Positions 61,499 to 64,000 of a stretch of 64,000 nucleotides of DNA are shown one piece after another. This DNA comes from Thermoanaerobaculia bacterium (GTDB taxonomy: Bacteria > Acidobacteriota > Thermoanaerobaculia > Multivoradales > UBA5704). The position numbers and the translations under genes were made by a program. The notes under the pieces are model-generated. The model worked only from the letters and a program-made list of their open reading frames with translations. It had not been told where the DNA came from and ran no database searches. The number at the start of each line of letters is the position of its first letter. The stretch's first letter is position 1. Where the stretch lies: NCBI GenBank assembly GCA_044226625.1, contig JBGAGQ010000016.1:35804-99803 (forward strand), written 5' to 3'.

Positions 61499-62419
61499 TT
61501 ACTGAGGCATCTGCGACTTGCCGGAATCGGCACCGGCGCCGGTCGGCGCCAGCCGGAGCAGCGCGCCGACGCCGTACAACCCGGCCGCCACTCCGGCCGC
61601 CGCGCCCGCGACGAGAATCGAGAGTCCCCAGAGGATCGCCGCCGTGGCCGTCCAAACGCTCAGCCAGAGCGCCCACCAGACCAAGGCGAGGACGGCAAGC
61701 GGCAGCAGGGCGACTACGGCGAGCAGCAGCATCGGCCGGCGCCTGGGCGTCTCGTTCCAGCCGCGTCCAAGCGCCGCGCCCCACCGGCCGAGCGGGGCGA
61801 GCCCTGCGCTGCGGCCCGATTTCCTCCAGAACTCGATGCCGCTCGTCGCCACCACCAGGTCGTCCGCTCGGCCGAAGAGCGCGGAGGTTGAGAACTCCTC
61901 CCCCGCTTCGGAGCAGGCGCGGCACGAACGGTCGAACCGGCTCGCCCGCCGGCCCGCGTGGAGATAGGCGTCCGTCTCGATCGGATGCCCGTCGTAGCCG
62001 AATCCGTTCGCCGCCGCGCAGGCGAGATAGAGGACCGGGAACGGCCGCACCAGCCCGAGCCCCCAACCGCCGAGCATCTCCTGGATCTGGAGCGCGTGAT
62101 ACGCCTCGTGCACGAGGATGCCGAGCCCCTCGACCTCGTCTGTCCGGAAAGATCGGGGCCGCACATAGATCCCCACCCGCCGAACACCGAACGCCTCCGG
62201 AAGCGTGATCGCCTCGTACGGACCGAGCCGCAAGACGTGCGGCATTCCCAAACGGAAATCGACCCGCGACAGATCGAGCCGCGGATACACCGCGGCGAGG
62301 AGCGAGGCCAACCCGGGGGGAGTCTCGACCCGAGGCGGAAACGCCCAGTGCCAAACCGAGCGGCCGGCCTCGCACAGCCGATCGCCGAGGGTCTTGACCG
62401 ACACCAGGAGCCGGGACAC
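61499..62419 (-). CDS. Membrane-anchored HExxH protein (DUF4157-like)
   Basis: DLSRV, AITL, LVHEAYHALQ, PIETDAY; C-terminal TM segments. Confidence 0.6.
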   Translation of the reverse strand: MSRLLVSVKTLGDRLCEAGRSVWHWAFPPRVETPPGLASLLAAVYPRLDLSRVDFRLGMPHVLRLGPYEAITLPEAFGVRRVGIYVRPRSFRTDEVEGLGILVHEAYHALQIQEMLGGWGLGLVRPFPVLYLACAAANGFGYDGHPIETDAYLHAGRRASRFDRSCRACSEAGEEFSTSALFGRADDLVVATSGIEFWRKSGRSAGLAPLGRWGAALGRGWNETPRRRPMLLLAVVALLPLAVLALVWWALWLSVWTATAAILWGLSILVAGAAAGVAAGLYGVGALLRLAPTGAGADSGKSQMPQ

Positions 62420-62445
62420 GGGGTCGACGATATCCTAGGGACCAC

Positions 62446-63004
62446 ATGGCATTTCTCGGAGTCTCCGACCACGGCGGATGGGCGATCCTGGTAACCGCCG
62501 CAAGCGACGGAACCCTCCTCGACCGCCGCCGAGTCGAGCTGGTCGACGCCGAGCTGCCGAAGATTCCCCATCACAGCGAGGGAAAGTGGCTACCGATCGA
62601 AGAGGCCGTGGCGCTCTTCGAGCGCGTCCTCCGCCGAGCGGCACGCGCGTCTCGCTCTCGAAGCGGTCGCCGGCACGGTTCAGGTTCGGATCCTCGGGAT
62701 CGCGCTCCGGCGCCGACCGCCGCTCTCTTCGACGATCGAGGAGCGAATCCGGGACTACAAGTCGAGCAACGTCGCGGATTGGGCGATGTACCGCCAAGCC
62801 CTCGCCGACGCGGCCCTCGAACGAGGCTGGGGCGTCCACGAGTACGACACGAAAACCGTCCTCGATTCCGCCCGCCAAGCGTTGGGAATCGACGACCTCG
62901 ACGCCTACTTCCTCACTCTTCGGAAGTCCATCGGACCGCCCTGGGACAAAGACCACAAGCTCGCCCTGGCCGCGGCGATCGAGGCCGGAGGTCGCCTGCC
63001 GTAG
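62446..63004 (+). pseudogene. Conserved hypothetical protein with a frameshift near 62628
   Basis: MAFLGVSDHGGWAILV...ALFERV continues in another frame as SAERHARLALEAVA...WAMYRQALA...GPPWDKDHKLA. Confidence 0.6.
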
Positions 63005-63039
63005 TAGCTCGGCGGGGAGTGAACGCGCGCAGCGGAAGC

Positions 63040-63211
63040 CCCCCTCCTGACCTCCCCTCGCAAGCGGGGGGAGGGACGTTGCGCTGAGACGTCGGTGAGA
63101 CCTCGGAACTGAGGCCCCCAGAAAAATCTCAAAGTCCGAGCACCTTGAATCAAGCACTCCTCGCCGCAGGAGCCTCCTCCCCCGCTTGCGGGGGAGGATC
63201 GAGGTGGGGGC
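63040..63211. repeat. Inverted pair of REP-like palindromes
   Basis: CTCCCCTCGCAAGCGGGGGGAG at 63052 and CTCCCCCGCTTGCGGGGGAG at 63177, between convergent genes. Confidence 0.75.
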
Positions 63212-63223
63212 GCTTCGTCCGCC

Positions 63224-64000
63224 TCACTCGGTCGGGACGAAGGTGGCGTGGAAGCAGAGGTGCTGCGGCTCGGGGAAGCGCATTCGGGCGATGGGGCCGG
63301 CGGCGACGTCGAGGGCGTCGAAGAGCGCGAGGTCGGTCGCCCCACGCTCGGCGTCGTAGAGGGGGCAGAGGAGGGTCCCTCCGCTCTCCCGCTCAGGGTC
63401 GGGGACCATCACCGGTTCGGCGCAGGGGTAGATGCCGGACGGGGCGGTCCAGAGGTCGGATACGCCAACTGAATCGCTATCCGAACCCCAACTCAAATGG
63501 GCGACGCGGTCGAAGAACTTCGGGCCGCGTTGGCCGCAGTGAGAGATGCCGAGCATCCAAAAGTCGTCCGTCGCGCTGGCGAACCGACGCGGGTCGATCG
63601 CCGGGAAATCGGGCGAATCCTCATACGGATGGTCGCGGCGCGAGACGACGGCTCCACGATCGAGGTCGAGCTCGAATCGGACGAGCCGGCCGGGCGCCAC
63701 CGTGTCGAACAGCCGGGGTAACGGCTGGTACTGCTCGTAGGCCGGCTGGTCCAGCTCCAGGAGGTCGACGGTCAGATGCTCGCCTTCCCAGACGTTCGCA
63801 ATATGGAGGCAGTGGCCGCCGGGGAGCTGGATCGTCGCGACCTCGTCGCCCGTCTCGCGGGAGACGACGACCAGACGGCTCTGCATCTCCTCTCGCCAGA
63901 CCAGGCAGTCGTAGAGCGACTTGCCCGCGGTGAGCAGCGGCGCGACGTCGATCACGTAAGGCGAGAGGTGGAATACGCAGAAGCGCTCGGAGACACCGAA
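63224..64000 (-). CDS. Carotenoid oxygenase (RPE65/CCD) family, C-terminal part
   Basis: CLHIANVWE, DFPAID, AEPVMVP, GPIAR...HLCFHATF. Start lies beyond the window. Confidence 0.85.
   Translation of the reverse strand, partial: FGVSERFCVFHLSPYVIDVAPLLTAGKSLYDCLVWREEMQSRLVVVSRETGDEVATIQLPGGHCLHIANVWEGEHLTVDLLELDQPAYEQYQPLPRLFDTVAPGRLVRFELDLDRGAVVSRRDHPYEDSPDFPAIDPRRFASATDDFWMLGISHCGQRGPKFFDRVAHLSWGSDSDSVGVSDLWTAPSGIYPCAEPVMVPDPERESGGTLLCPLYDAERGATDLALFDALDVAAGPIARMRFPEPQHLCFHATFVPTE

Overview
High-GC bacterial chromosomal window. Gene style suggests Acidobacteriota, probably Thermoanaerobaculia (inference only). The backbone is mostly housekeeping and envelope genes: aroB, aspS, aroC, an RNB ribonuclease, an S1-domain protein, M28/S41 peptidases, a desaturase and glycosyltransferases. 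No rRNA, tRNA or CRISPR array was recognised. Accessory highlights: (1) a non-coding array of about 14 phased 20-bp palindromic units (GGAAGT-S-ACTTCC) at 1461-1740, near a 1774-aa protein with two lipase domains, a CHAT (caspase-like) domain and TPRs; (2) two tandem paralogous circularly permuted ATP-grasp ligases between aspS and aroB; (3) an AT-richer cassette at 32050-35857, bracketed by a duplicated 3' end of a methyltransferase gene. It carries a CAP12/Pycsar-type TIR-TPR gene split by a complete IS3 element (4-bp target duplication GATT) and an unannotated 34-aa hydrophobic peptide with its own RBS and terminator; (4) a 21-bp array with a 105-bp higher-order repeat at 38689-38940; (5) an RRM gene that appears to start at ATC. 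All family calls come from motif recognition, not database searches.
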